Positions 1 to 9,339 of a DNA stretch of 64,000 nucleotides are shown here, in pieces. Origin of the DNA: Myxococcota bacterium (GTDB lineage Bacteria > Myxococcota_A > UBA9160 > UBA4427); NCBI GenBank assembly GCA_965250285.1, contig OZ252299.1, forward strand, positions 4,544,001 to 4,608,000, read 5' to 3'. The notes below the pieces were generated by a model that was not told the origin of the DNA, did no database searches, and saw only the letters and a list, made by a program, of their open reading frames with translations. The stretch's first letter is position 1; each line of letters begins with the position of its first letter. The translations under genes and the position numbers were made by a program.

Positions 1-993
1 GGTCAGGACGTCTGCCTGCGCGAGCGCTTCGCGATTGCGCCGAGCGGCGGCGGCTTCGAGGTCGAGCGCCTCGAGAGCGAGCCGGACGTGGGCTCCCCGG
101 CGCCGGAGCTCGACCCGCCCGTCGGCGTGCGCGCCCGTTGGCTCGACGAGACGATTGGCCGTCACGCCTTCACCGTCTTGCTCTTCTACCGAGGCTTCTG
201 GTGACCGCCTTGTCGCCGCGAGTTGCGCGGCTACGCAGGTCAAGGTGTCCTCAAGGCGATCCGTGAGGCCGGGGGAGAAATCTACGCGATTACGAGCGAG
301 CCCCAGACCGTGGCGCGCATGGCCCAGGACGGGTGGGAGACCGACATGGAGCACGTCGGCGATCCCCACCAGGAGATCGCCGACGAGTGCGCCGGGCGCG
401 GCTGGATGTCGCTCTTCAAGTGGGACTTGCTCGAGGGGGCCGGGAGTCCCGAGGCGAGCTATCTCGGCAACGCTACGCCGGAGGAGTGGATTTCGCACCC
501 AAAGGGTGCCTTCCAGCCCGGCGTGCTGGTGCTCGATCGCGAAGGTCGCGTGCTGTACCGCTGGCGTTGCCGGCCGACGCGCAACAATGTCGGCGGGGCG
601 ATCTCGCGGCCGACACCGCAGTATGTCTGGCGGCGCACCCAGGCCGCGCGGCTCGAGCCGACGGGCGCTCCCGACGCGCCGATGGACACCGACCCGGAGC
701 TCGACATCCCCGAGGTCCCGTGGCCCATGTTCGTCGCCTTGCTCCTCGCGAACGGATGGTTCTTGCGGCCCAAGTTCTTCATGCAGCGCGAGGGTAATGA
801 CCTTGACGGCATGTCGCGCGCGGCGATCGCGCGATTCCCGCTCTTCATCGCGGCATGGGCGGCAGCGATCTGGCTCCTGCCGGTCTGGGCCGTCGCTCTG
901 GCTTTGGCGATGTGGCTGGCAATGGTCGTGCCGGGCATCCGGATCGTGAATCGCCGCTTCCAGCACTTCGGCCCCGACGAAGAGCCCACATGA
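1..993 (+). CDS. Peroxiredoxin-like (AhpC/TSA, redoxin) protein with C-terminal membrane helices; probable selenoprotein, 5' end outside window
   Basis: Frame 1 is open from base 1 and reads ...FTVLLFYRGFW-TGA(202-204)-PPCRREL..., then continues in frame into ORF 223..993. This matches the redoxin YRGxWCPxC motif with TGA at the first Cys. Later PGVLVLDREGRVLYRW is a typical redoxin strand. Confidence 0.8.
202..242 (+). promoter_or_regulatory. Candidate bacterial SECIS stem-loop
   Basis: GCCGCG(215-220)-AGTTG-CGCGGC(226-231) hairpin starting 11 nt after the TGA, extendable by TGT/ACG and by CCT/AGG or TGACC/GGTCA pairing. Confidence 0.55.
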
Positions 994-1147
994 AGGTGGC
1001 CGCGTCGCGTTGCGACCGGGCGATCGATGCCAATCTGGTCTCCATCGGCGCACTCGCTGCGCCCACTCGACAAGGGCTTGCTGGCCGTCGCGAACGACCA
1101 AGCCGGGCTTGCCGGAGCTTCGGATCATCGACCTGAAGGGAGGAAGC

Positions 1148-2809
1148 ATGCATCGGTGGCTCATCCGAATCTCGATCGGACTCGTCGTCCTGCTCGCTCC
1201 CGTCGTGGTGTATCGCGCGGAGATCGCGTTGGCCCTGGTTTCGTGGCTGGGCGAGTGGGCGCGGCGCGACGTCGGTCCGAACCGGCCCGTTCCCTGGGAG
1301 CAGGGCCCGGATACGGCCGCCCTCCCCGCCTCCGAGCGGCCGCCCAACGTCGTGCTCATCCTCGCCGACGACATGGGGTGGAACGACGTGTCGACGAACG
1401 GCGGGGGCGCGGGGAAGGGCTCGGTCAGGACGCCAAACATCGACAGGGTCGCCCGCGACGGCGTGAACTTCACCTGGGGCTACGCTGCGAACGGCAGCTG
1501 CGCGCCGTCTCGCGCCGCGATCCTGTCGGGCCGCTACGGCACGCGCTTCGGCTTCGAGTTCACGCCGACGCCCGGCGCAATGATGCCGGCCATGGCCGCG
1601 GTGATGAGCGCCGACCAAACGCCACGGCGCCCCGGGCTCGCCAACTTCGACGCGCGATCGACTCCCTGGGAAGAGATGGGGATGCCGTCGAGCGAGATCT
1701 CGCTGGCCGAGACGCTGAAGAAGGCGGGCTACCACACCGTGCACATCGGCAAGTGGCACGTGGGCGAGACGAATGGCATGGCCGCCAACGACCAGGGCTT
1801 CGACGAGAGCCTGAACATGGGGGGCGCGCTCTTCCTGCCCGAGGACCACCCCGACGTCGTGAACTCGAAACAGGCATTCGATCCGATCGACCGCTTTCTG
1901 TGGGCGATGGGCGGCTACGCCGTGCAGTTCAACAAGGGCCCCGGCTTCGAGCCTCGGGGCCACGTCACCGACTACTACACGGACCAGGCCGTGGAGGTGA
2001 TCCGAGCGAATCGCAATCGACCCTTCTTTCTCTATCTCGCCCACTGGGCCATCCACACGCCGCTCCAGGCGACGCGTGCGGACTACGACGCCTACCCCGA
2101 CATCGAGAGCCACACCGAGCGCACCTATGCGGGCATGATCCGCGCCCTCGACCGGGGCGTCGGACGCGTGCTGGACGAGCTGCGCGCGCAGGGCCTCGAG
2201 GAGAACACGCTCGTGATCTTCACATCCGACAACGGCGGGGCCGGCTACCTCGGTCTCCCGGACGTGAACGCGCCGTTCCGCGGGTGGAAGCTGACCTTCT
2301 TCGAGGGCGGCGTGCATGTGCCCTACATGATGCGCTGGCCGGCGCGGATCGAGCCCGGGCAGACGTTCGACCGGCCCGTCCACCACTTCGACGTGTACGC
2401 CACCGCGGCAGCGGCGGCCGGCGCGCCAATGCCCGACGATCGCAAGATGGACGGGGTCGATCTCATCCCCTTCGTCGAGGGCGCGGCGGAGGGCGTGCCC
2501 CACGAGACGCTCTTCTGGACCCAGGACCACTACCGCGTCGTGCTCCACCAGGGCTGGAAGCTCACGCGCAACGGCCCGAACGACGAGTTCGTCTGGCTCT
2601 TCGATCTCAATGAGGATCCCACCGAGCAACGCAACCTCGCCGACGCTCGCAAGGACAAGGTGAGCGAGCTCGACGCGCTGCTAGCCGCCCACATCGCCGA
2701 GCAAGTGCCCCCGCGCTGGGACTCGCGCGGGGCCGCAGCGATCACGATCGACAAGCACCGAAACCAACCCGAGTCACCCGACGACGAGTTCGTGTACTAC
2801 CCGAACTGA
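1148..2809 (+). CDS. Arylsulfatase-family sulfatase with N-terminal membrane anchor
   Basis: PNVVLILADDMG, CAPSRAAILSGRY (CxPSR formylglycine motif), GKWH, FTSDNG. ATG 1148 follows GGAGG. Confidence 0.93.
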   Translation: MHRWLIRISIGLVVLLAPVVVYRAEIALALVSWLGEWARRDVGPNRPVPWEQGPDTAALPASERPPNVVLILADDMGWNDVSTNGGGAGKGSVRTPNIDRVARDGVNFTWGYAANGSCAPSRAAILSGRYGTRFGFEFTPTPGAMMPAMAAVMSADQTPRRPGLANFDARSTPWEEMGMPSSEISLAETLKKAGYHTVHIGKWHVGETNGMAANDQGFDESLNMGGALFLPEDHPDVVNSKQAFDPIDRFLWAMGGYAVQFNKGPGFEPRGHVTDYYTDQAVEVIRANRNRPFFLYLAHWAIHTPLQATRADYDAYPDIESHTERTYAGMIRALDRGVGRVLDELRAQGLEENTLVIFTSDNGGAGYLGLPDVNAPFRGWKLTFFEGGVHVPYMMRWPARIEPGQTFDRPVHHFDVYATAAAAAGAPMPDDRKMDGVDLIPFVEGAAEGVPHETLFWTQDHYRVVLHQGWKLTRNGPNDEFVWLFDLNEDPTEQRNLADARKDKVSELDALLAAHIAEQVPPRWDSRGAAAITIDKHRNQPESPDDEFVYYPN

Positions 2810-2858
2810 GCGGAGATGCTCTTCGAGTCATGCCACTTTCTCGAGAGAAGGCCAACCC

Positions 2859-3833
2859 TTGGAATCGATCCGCACCCCGGATGAACGCTTCGCCAACCTG
2901 CCCGACTACGGCTTCGAGCCCCACTACATCGAGGTCGACGATCTCGAGGGCGGCCAGCTGCGCATGCACTATGTGGACGAGGGGCCAAGGGATGCACCGC
3001 CCGTCTTCCTCCTTCACGGGGAGCCGACCTGGGCCTATCTCTACCGCAAGATGATTCCCGGTCTGCTGGACGCAGGACATCGCGTGATCGTGCCCGACCA
3101 GATCGGTTTCGGTCGCAGCGACAAGCCCACCCGGAAGGCCGACTACAGCGTCGCGCGCCACGTCCATTGGGTGCGCTCCGCGATGCAGCAGATCGACATC
3201 CAGGACGGCACCTTCTTCGGGCAGGATTGGGGTAGCGTGATCGGCTTCACTGCGGCGTTGCACGAGGCGCCTCGTTGGCGCGCGATGGTCGCGGCGAACG
3301 CCGCCCTGCCCGATCCGCGGAACATGGAGCGCGTCCAGCAGGCCCAGGCGAATTCGAGCGACGAAACGGCCTTCGAACGCTGGCAGGCCTACGCGGCCTC
3401 GGTCGACGAGCTAGACGTCGGCGGGATGATGGTCAACGGCCCTCCAGGCCTCGAGGCGGCCCATGGAGGCCTCGCCCTCTCTGATGCCGAACGCGCTGCG
3501 TACGAAGCCCCCTTTCCCGACGCGCGCTATCAGGCCGGCGTCCTCGTCTTCCCAGCCTTGATCGGAGCTGAGAGACTCGGCATCGAGGGCATCGGACTCT
3601 TCGATGCTGCCTGGCGCGTGCTCGAGAAGTGGGAGAAGCCCTTCCTCACCGCCTATGGCAAGGCCGATCCGGTCCTCGGCTGGTTCGACACGGTCTTCCA
3701 GCAGCACGTTCCCGGCGCCCAGGGGCAGCCCCATCGAAGCTTTCCGGAGGGAGGCCACTTCATTCAAGAGGAGGAGCCGGTCGCCCTCGTCGAGGTAATC
3801 GTCGAGGCGGCTCGACGCGGCGCCGGCGCTTGA
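2859..3833 (+). CDS. Haloalkane dehalogenase (alpha/beta hydrolase)
   Basis: IRTPDERF N-terminus, LHGEPTW, PDQIGFGRSDKP, GQDWG nucleophile, GHFIQE. TTG start. Confidence 0.9.
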   Translation: MESIRTPDERFANLPDYGFEPHYIEVDDLEGGQLRMHYVDEGPRDAPPVFLLHGEPTWAYLYRKMIPGLLDAGHRVIVPDQIGFGRSDKPTRKADYSVARHVHWVRSAMQQIDIQDGTFFGQDWGSVIGFTAALHEAPRWRAMVAANAALPDPRNMERVQQAQANSSDETAFERWQAYAASVDELDVGGMMVNGPPGLEAAHGGLALSDAERAAYEAPFPDARYQAGVLVFPALIGAERLGIEGIGLFDAAWRVLEKWEKPFLTAYGKADPVLGWFDTVFQQHVPGAQGQPHRSFPEGGHFIQEEEPVALVEVIVEAARRGAGA

Positions 3834-3840
3834 TTCGGCG

Positions 3841-4956
3841 ATGAGCAGCGATCCCTCGGACGACGCGATCGACGTATACGGTTCGGCCATCTCCTACTAC
3901 ACAGGCAAGCTCGAAGGCTATCTCCGCTACAAGGAGATCCCCTACCGCTTCATTCCACTCTCACCGAGCCATCAGCGTCGCCTGCACCGGGAGACGGGGG
4001 CCGCTCAGGTCCCCGCCGTGAAGCTGCCCGACGGTCGTTGGATGACGGATACGACGCCGATGATCGATTGGTTCGAGGCGGAGTCTCCACAGCCCACAGT
4101 GATTCCCGCGGACCCGGTGCAGAGCTTCTTCTGTCGCCTGATCGAAGACTACGCCGAGGAATGGCTCTGGCGCCCGGCGATGCACTATCGCTGGAGCTAT
4201 CGCGGCGACGCTCTGCTCTCGAGTCGACGCATCGCAGAGGAGATCCTGGTCGAGGTCCCGGCGCCCGGCTTCCTCAAGCGCTTCGTCATCCGGCAGCGGC
4301 AATTCCGCGGCTGGGTGAAGGGCGACGGCGTGACCCGTGAGACCCGGGATCATGTCGAAGGCTGCTATCTGAAGATGCTCGACCAGTTGAGCGCCATCTT
4401 CGCACGGCGTCCCTTCCTCTTCGGCCAGCGGCCCAGCCTCGCCGATTTCGGCTTCTTCGCTCCCATCTTCCGCCACTACAGCCAGGATCCGACGCCCGCC
4501 GAGATCATGCGCCAGCGGGGGCCAGCGGTATTCGAGTGGCAGGCACGGCTCTGGAACGCGCGGGCCAGCGAGAGCGAAGGCGGTTGGGTGGAAGGCATCC
4601 CCGACGATCTGGGTCCGATCCTCGACGAGATCGGCAGCGCCTATCTCCCCTATCTCTGCGCCAATGCCGAGGGCTGGAAAGCTGGCCAGCGCCGACACGA
4701 TGCGCTGATCCAGGGTGTGCCCTATTGCAACCTGCCGGTCTCGCAGTACAGGGTGTGGTGCCTCGAGCGCCTCCGCGAGCACTTCGAAGGCCTGCCGGGA
4801 GCGGCGAAGCAAGACGCCCGGAAATTGCTCGAAGCGCACGACTGCTGGGAGCCGCTCTGGCGGATCGAATCGCCCGATTCGGGCTATGCCAGTGAGTCCG
4901 TCCCCTTTCGGGGGCACAAGGTGCACTATCAGAACGCGCGGGCGCCCGCGTCCTGA
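3841..4956 (+). CDS. Glutathione S-transferase family protein
   Basis: SYYTGKLEGYLRYKEIPY, QVPAV, DTTPMI, FLFGQRPSLADF. Confidence 0.85.
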   Translation: MSSDPSDDAIDVYGSAISYYTGKLEGYLRYKEIPYRFIPLSPSHQRRLHRETGAAQVPAVKLPDGRWMTDTTPMIDWFEAESPQPTVIPADPVQSFFCRLIEDYAEEWLWRPAMHYRWSYRGDALLSSRRIAEEILVEVPAPGFLKRFVIRQRQFRGWVKGDGVTRETRDHVEGCYLKMLDQLSAIFARRPFLFGQRPSLADFGFFAPIFRHYSQDPTPAEIMRQRGPAVFEWQARLWNARASESEGGWVEGIPDDLGPILDEIGSAYLPYLCANAEGWKAGQRRHDALIQGVPYCNLPVSQYRVWCLERLREHFEGLPGAAKQDARKLLEAHDCWEPLWRIESPDSGYASESVPFRGHKVHYQNARAPAS

Positions 4957-5108
4957 AGTCGCGATCCACCCGGGTGATCGGCACGCGCGTCCCGACGCAG
5001 GCTAGAGCTCGAGCGGCTTGCTCGGCGAGGCCGAAACCCGCGCTTGGTCATCGCCGATCTTCGTGAACCACGCCGGCTCGTGAGCCGAATCTGGAGGACC
5101 GAACCACC

Positions 5109-5807
5109 ATGTCTACCGAAGACTTCCTACCCGACGAGACCACGCTCGAAGCCCTGGGCGCACTGCCGGACGACGAGCCGGTCGTGATGCTCAACCTGCT
5201 GAAGTACTCGGATGACGGCGGCGAGGCCTACGCGAAGTACGGCCGCATCGCGTGGCAGCAGATCAAGAAGCGCGGAGGCCGCATCCTCTACGACGGCGCG
5301 CCGCTCGTCACCGATCCGGCGGCGGGAGACTGGGATCGGGTGATCTTCGTCCAGTACCCCAGCCGCGCCGCGTTCATCGACATGATGCGGGACCAGGACT
5401 ATCGCGAGGGTCTCCCTCATCGCAGGGCCGGGCTCGAGCGCACGGTCCTGTATGCGTTCGAGCGCGCTCCCGGGGGACCGCCCTTGGAAGCCGTGAAGCC
5501 CCGCTCCGACGAGGAGATCTTCGTCCTCAACCTGCTGCGCTTCGAGCCGGAGGGCGGCCGCGAGGAGTACCAGAAGTACGGCGACGTGGTGCTCCCGATG
5601 ATCCTCGAGCGCGGAGGCGGGCCCGCGCTCCTCCTCGACGCGCAGCTGCCGCTGGTCTCGGAGGAGACCTGGGAGGATCTCTACCTGGTCCGCTATCCGG
5701 ACCTCGGCAGCTTGCAGGAGATGGTCGCTACCGAGGCGTGGCAGACGGCGAACCAGGATCGAACTCGCGGTCTCGACCTCACCTGGGCGTTCCCGACGCG
5801 ACCCTGA
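5109..5807 (+). CDS. Tandem DUF1330-like domain protein
   Basis: Two repeats of (V/M)LNLL(K/R)...Y.KYG...(RG)G...W(D/E)...V.YP. GGAGG RBS. Confidence 0.75.
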   Translation: MSTEDFLPDETTLEALGALPDDEPVVMLNLLKYSDDGGEAYAKYGRIAWQQIKKRGGRILYDGAPLVTDPAAGDWDRVIFVQYPSRAAFIDMMRDQDYREGLPHRRAGLERTVLYAFERAPGGPPLEAVKPRSDEEIFVLNLLRFEPEGGREEYQKYGDVVLPMILERGGGPALLLDAQLPLVSEETWEDLYLVRYPDLGSLQEMVATEAWQTANQDRTRGLDLTWAFPTRP

Positions 5808-5841
5808 GTCCCGCAGCGCACCCGATGCAGCAGGAGGCCCG

Positions 5842-5919
5842 ATGACGGACTTCATCCGTACGCCGGACGAGAACTTCGACGATCTCGCCGACCTGCACTG
5901 CATCCGGGGCGAGGCGTGA
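5842..5919 (+). pseudogene. 25-codon remnant of a haloalkane dehalogenase N-terminus
   Basis: MTDFIRTPDENFDDLAD... with GGAGG RBS, resembling MESIRTPDERFANLPD of 2859..3833. Stops at TGA 5917-5919, overlapping the next GTG. Confidence 0.6.
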
Positions 5920-6809
5920 GAGTCGTGGCCATCGTCCTGCTCGTCCTCGTGCTGGTGATGTGCTCCGCGATGCTCTGGCAGCACGCGCGCTACGTGGGCA
6001 TCCGGCGGGACCTTCTCCACGATCGCCAGGCCACTTTCTACTCGTCGGACGTCTTCCATACGCTGGTGTTCCTCCGAACGGCGCCGGAGAAGGACGTGAT
6101 CGAGGAGGTGCGGGCGTTCAAGCAAGCGACCGAGGGCTCGGAGGCGTCGTGGATCTACGCAGGGAAGTCCGCTTTGGCGGCTCTCTCGTCGTCGCAGATG
6201 GGCGAGAACGACTGGACCGCCGTCGTGCTCCTGCAGTACCCATCACGCGATGCGTATGCTCGACACGCCGAGTCGACGTCGATGAAGGCGGCGCTCGCGC
6301 GGTTCGAGGAGACGTACACTCAGGGTTTTCGTCGCGGGGCCCTCAGCAACGCCATGATTCCGCAGGGCCTGCTCGCGTACCGACTCTTCCAGCTCGTCAC
6401 GTTCCGTCCTTCGTACTTCCCCTTCGCGAAGGCCAAGGACTACGAGCGATTTCCCGAGGCGGAGGAGTTCGCCCGCCAGCTCCTCGAGGAGAAGGACCTC
6501 GGCCGCGAGGCCCTCCTCATCGTGAACCTGACGAAGGCCGGTACGCCCGAGGAGCAGGCCGCCGATCGCGCGTACGGGGCGTCGATGCTCGGCGCCATGG
6601 CCGAGGCCGGCTACGGCCCCATCCATGCGGGGCGACCGGTTCGACTCGAACGCGACTACGACTTCGACCTGGTCCTGCTCGTCTTCTACCCCGGCGTCGA
6701 GTTCTTCGCCGAGATGATGAAGAGCGAGTTCTATCAGTCGATCTTCGGCGACAAGCAGGTCGGCGATACCCAGGCCAACATGACGGTTCCGATCCTGAAT
6801 CGGCTCTAG
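5916..6809 (+). CDS. Membrane-anchored DUF1330-like protein
   Basis: N-terminal hydrophobic helix, W..VVLLQYPSR and LVFYPG motifs. Clear paralog of 7750..8664. Confidence 0.7.
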   Translation: MRVVAIVLLVLVLVMCSAMLWQHARYVGIRRDLLHDRQATFYSSDVFHTLVFLRTAPEKDVIEEVRAFKQATEGSEASWIYAGKSALAALSSSQMGENDWTAVVLLQYPSRDAYARHAESTSMKAALARFEETYTQGFRRGALSNAMIPQGLLAYRLFQLVTFRPSYFPFAKAKDYERFPEAEEFARQLLEEKDLGREALLIVNLTKAGTPEEQAADRAYGASMLGAMAEAGYGPIHAGRPVRLERDYDFDLVLLVFYPGVEFFAEMMKSEFYQSIFGDKQVGDTQANMTVPILNRL

Positions 6810-6844
6810 AGGCGACGGGCGTTCGCTCGAAACCGGAGGTGTCC

Positions 6845-7708
6845 ATGGCCGAGACGGACGTCGGCGTCCCGAATCCCAGCACCGTGTCGGTGTACGGTGT
6901 GGACCACTCACCGTGGGTCCAGGCCGTGTTGCTCGGCCTCCAGGAGCGTGGGATCGAGTACCGGACGAGGACCATCCCGCCGCTCGCGGTCTTCCTGCGT
7001 TCCGGGATCCTGATGCCCGCTGCCAGCATCAACGGCGGCTCGTGGATGCTCGACTCCGAACGGATCCTCGTCGCCCTGGGGTTCTCGGAGGTTCCGCGCG
7101 AAGTCCGTCGGGAGCTGACGGTGGCCTTCACGCGGTGCGCCGCGCACCGCCGTGACGACATCCCGGATTTCTGGCGACGGTTCGGCCTCGTGCGCGACGA
7201 GGAGCCCTCCTGGGCGCGGCGCCACTGGAACTTCTTCTGGCGGGCCTTCGCTGCCTTCTACTTCTTCTGTGTCCTCACCGTCGCCCGACGCGCGTTGGGT
7301 CCGTCGACTCCCGAGCAGACCGTTCAGCACTTCTCCACTCTCCAGAAGCGGCTCGACCCCGAGGCGGGGTACTTCGGGGGCGAGCGTCCGGACACCGTCG
7401 ACCTGCAGCTGTTCGGCATCGTGCAGATGTTGGGCAGCATCCCGGGCCCGCCTCTCGGCGTGCTGCGCGAGAAACCGGCGCTCGAGCCGCTCCGCAGCTG
7501 GATCGCACGGATGCAGCAGCGGTTCGAGCACCACCCGGGCCTCTACAGTGGGCCCTACTTCGAGCCCCTGCTGCCGGCGCCCGAGACCGCTCGCACCTCG
7601 GAGCGCGTCGCCTTCGGGTGCGGCGCCGCCCTGATGTGGCTGGCGTTCCCGCTCACCTTCCCCACGGCGCTTGTCTACTTCGTCAGCAACCGGCTGCGTG
7701 GCCTCTAG
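6845..7708 (+). CDS. GST-fold protein with C-terminal hydrophobic helix
   Basis: HSPWVQAVLLGL, LMPA...LDSERI, YFGGERPDTVDLQLFG. ATG 6845 follows GGAGG. Confidence 0.7.
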   Translation: MAETDVGVPNPSTVSVYGVDHSPWVQAVLLGLQERGIEYRTRTIPPLAVFLRSGILMPAASINGGSWMLDSERILVALGFSEVPREVRRELTVAFTRCAAHRRDDIPDFWRRFGLVRDEEPSWARRHWNFFWRAFAAFYFFCVLTVARRALGPSTPEQTVQHFSTLQKRLDPEAGYFGGERPDTVDLQLFGIVQMLGSIPGPPLGVLREKPALEPLRSWIARMQQRFEHHPGLYSGPYFEPLLPAPETARTSERVAFGCGAALMWLAFPLTFPTALVYFVSNRLRGL

Positions 7709-7749
7709 CGCACGGGAATCGGTGACTTCAGCTCTAGCTCCACAGCCTC

Positions 7750-8664
7750 CTAGAGCTTCGAGAGCACCGGGATCGTCGCGAACGCCAGCGTGTCGCCGAG
7801 CTGCTTGCCGGAGGCGATCCGGTTCATGAAGGTGCTGCTCAGCATCGCCTGCATGTGGTCGATCCCCGGGTAGTAGACCGCGGCGAACGACGAAAACCGG
7901 CTGTCGCCCTCGACCGTGACGGCCCGTCCCATGTGCATCGGACCGTATGCCCCTTCGGCCATGCCGCGCACCATCTGGTAGCTGTAGGCGCGGTCGGCCG
8001 CCCGCTGATCGGACGTGCCCGGTAGGAGCAGGTTGAAGATCACGACCGCGTCCTCGCGCACGTCCCGGTACGCATCGAATCTCCCGAGCATTTCTTTCCC
8101 CCGTTCCCGGAACTCGGGGAGGGCGTCTTCTTCGCTCACCGGCTGGAAGGGGAGGATGTTGTCCCGGCGCCGAGCGATGTCGAGCAGTCGCACGCCTCCG
8201 AGACCGAGTGGGATCAAGAGGTTGGTGAGCGCCGATCGCTCGAACCCATGGACGTGGCTGTGCTCGCACTGCTGCAACGCATGCTTCAGCTCGGGGCCAT
8301 TGTGACTTCGGTCGAAAGCCTTGCGCGACGGCCAGTGGGCGAGGATGGCCGCACTCCAGTCGTTCTCGAGCTGGGTCGAAGGCACCATGGTCTGCACGAC
8401 GAGACCGGCGTAGACGAGCTGCCCGCCGCCTGCCTCGATCGCGTCGCGCACGGCGCGGAGAGCTGCGAGCTCACCATCACGCCCCGCTTCATCGTTCACC
8501 CTCAGCAGCAAGACGCCGTGGAAGGTGTGGCCGCCATGCAGAAGAGGCTGGCGGTCGTCGACGCGCTCGCGTCGGATCTCGAGGTATCGGAAGTGCTGCC
8601 ACAGCGCGGCCAAGACCAGGCCGACCACGGCGAGGGCAAGAAGCAGGAACGCGATCTTCAGCAC
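7750..8664 (-). CDS. Membrane-anchored DUF1330-like protein (paralog of 5916..6809)
   Basis: Shares LWQH.RY..IRR, ENDW.A, GT..Q.AADRAY, MAE..YGP.H.GR.V, YPG and KQ.GDT with 5916..6809. Confidence 0.7.
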   Translation of the reverse strand: MLKIAFLLLALAVVGLVLAALWQHFRYLEIRRERVDDRQPLLHGGHTFHGVLLLRVNDEAGRDGELAALRAVRDAIEAGGGQLVYAGLVVQTMVPSTQLENDWSAAILAHWPSRKAFDRSHNGPELKHALQQCEHSHVHGFERSALTNLLIPLGLGGVRLLDIARRRDNILPFQPVSEEDALPEFRERGKEMLGRFDAYRDVREDAVVIFNLLLPGTSDQRAADRAYSYQMVRGMAEGAYGPMHMGRAVTVEGDSRFSSFAAVYYPGIDHMQAMLSSTFMNRIASGKQLGDTLAFATIPVLSKL

Positions 8665-8713
8665 TGGACGAGTCTCCGGGGCGTGTTTCGTCGGACCGAG
8701 CGACAGAGAAGCG

Positions 8714-9019
8714 CTAGGGCTGCTTCTTCACGTGGATGTCGTTCACCTTCCACGCCCCGCCGATCTCGCGCCAGACCGTTCCGATGATGCCCTCCTGTTC
8801 GTCATTGCCGAGGATGAGATCCACCGGATGGTCGTCGCCCTCCGCGGGCAGAAGCACGGCCTCCTTGCGGGTGGGCGTTCCACCCTGCGGCTGCGGCCCC
8901 TGACCGAGGGCCATTGCCTTGGACATGCCTTCGGACGTGAACGTGGCCATCAGCCCGCCCATGTTCTGGGCGATCAAGTCTTCGATGAACTGATTCGCGG
9001 CTTCTTGCAGGTCGGCCAT
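8714..9019 (-). CDS. Hypothetical protein (101 aa, possibly NTF2-like)
   Basis: ATG 9019 follows AAGGAG. C-terminal WREIGGAWKVNDI strand. Confidence 0.6.
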   Translation of the reverse strand: MADLQEAANQFIEDLIAQNMGGLMATFTSEGMSKAMALGQGPQPQGGTPTRKEAVLLPAEGDDHPVDLILGNDEQEGIIGTVWREIGGAWKVNDIHVKKQP

Positions 9020-9339
9020 GGCGGCTCCTTCTCGATCGGGCGCAGGGGGTGCGCCGGTGTGTGTTCGGGGTCGGAGCGAGCGGCGGAATGGCCGCGACGC
9101 ACGCACGACATCGGTGAGATCAGGCGGGCTCCTCGTCCGGGCCTCCTGCCGTGCAGCGCTCCAGCCGTGATTCTAGTGAGTCGAACCAAAATATGAAAGA
9201 ACTTCCGATTGACAGTACTATCTATTTTTGAGAGGTTGCGGTGGGCCGAAGCAAGATCCCCACACCTGCAACACACCCCGTGGAGGTTCTTCGCAGCCAG
9301 ACCCAGAGTCCCGCCACCCTCACGACTGGGAGCCTCCCG

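Noticed and set aside
9181..9235. AT-rich patch with TTGACA (9209-9214) as a defined promoter
   Set aside because: No convincing -10 at 16-18 bp spacing. Probably regulatory but not assignable.
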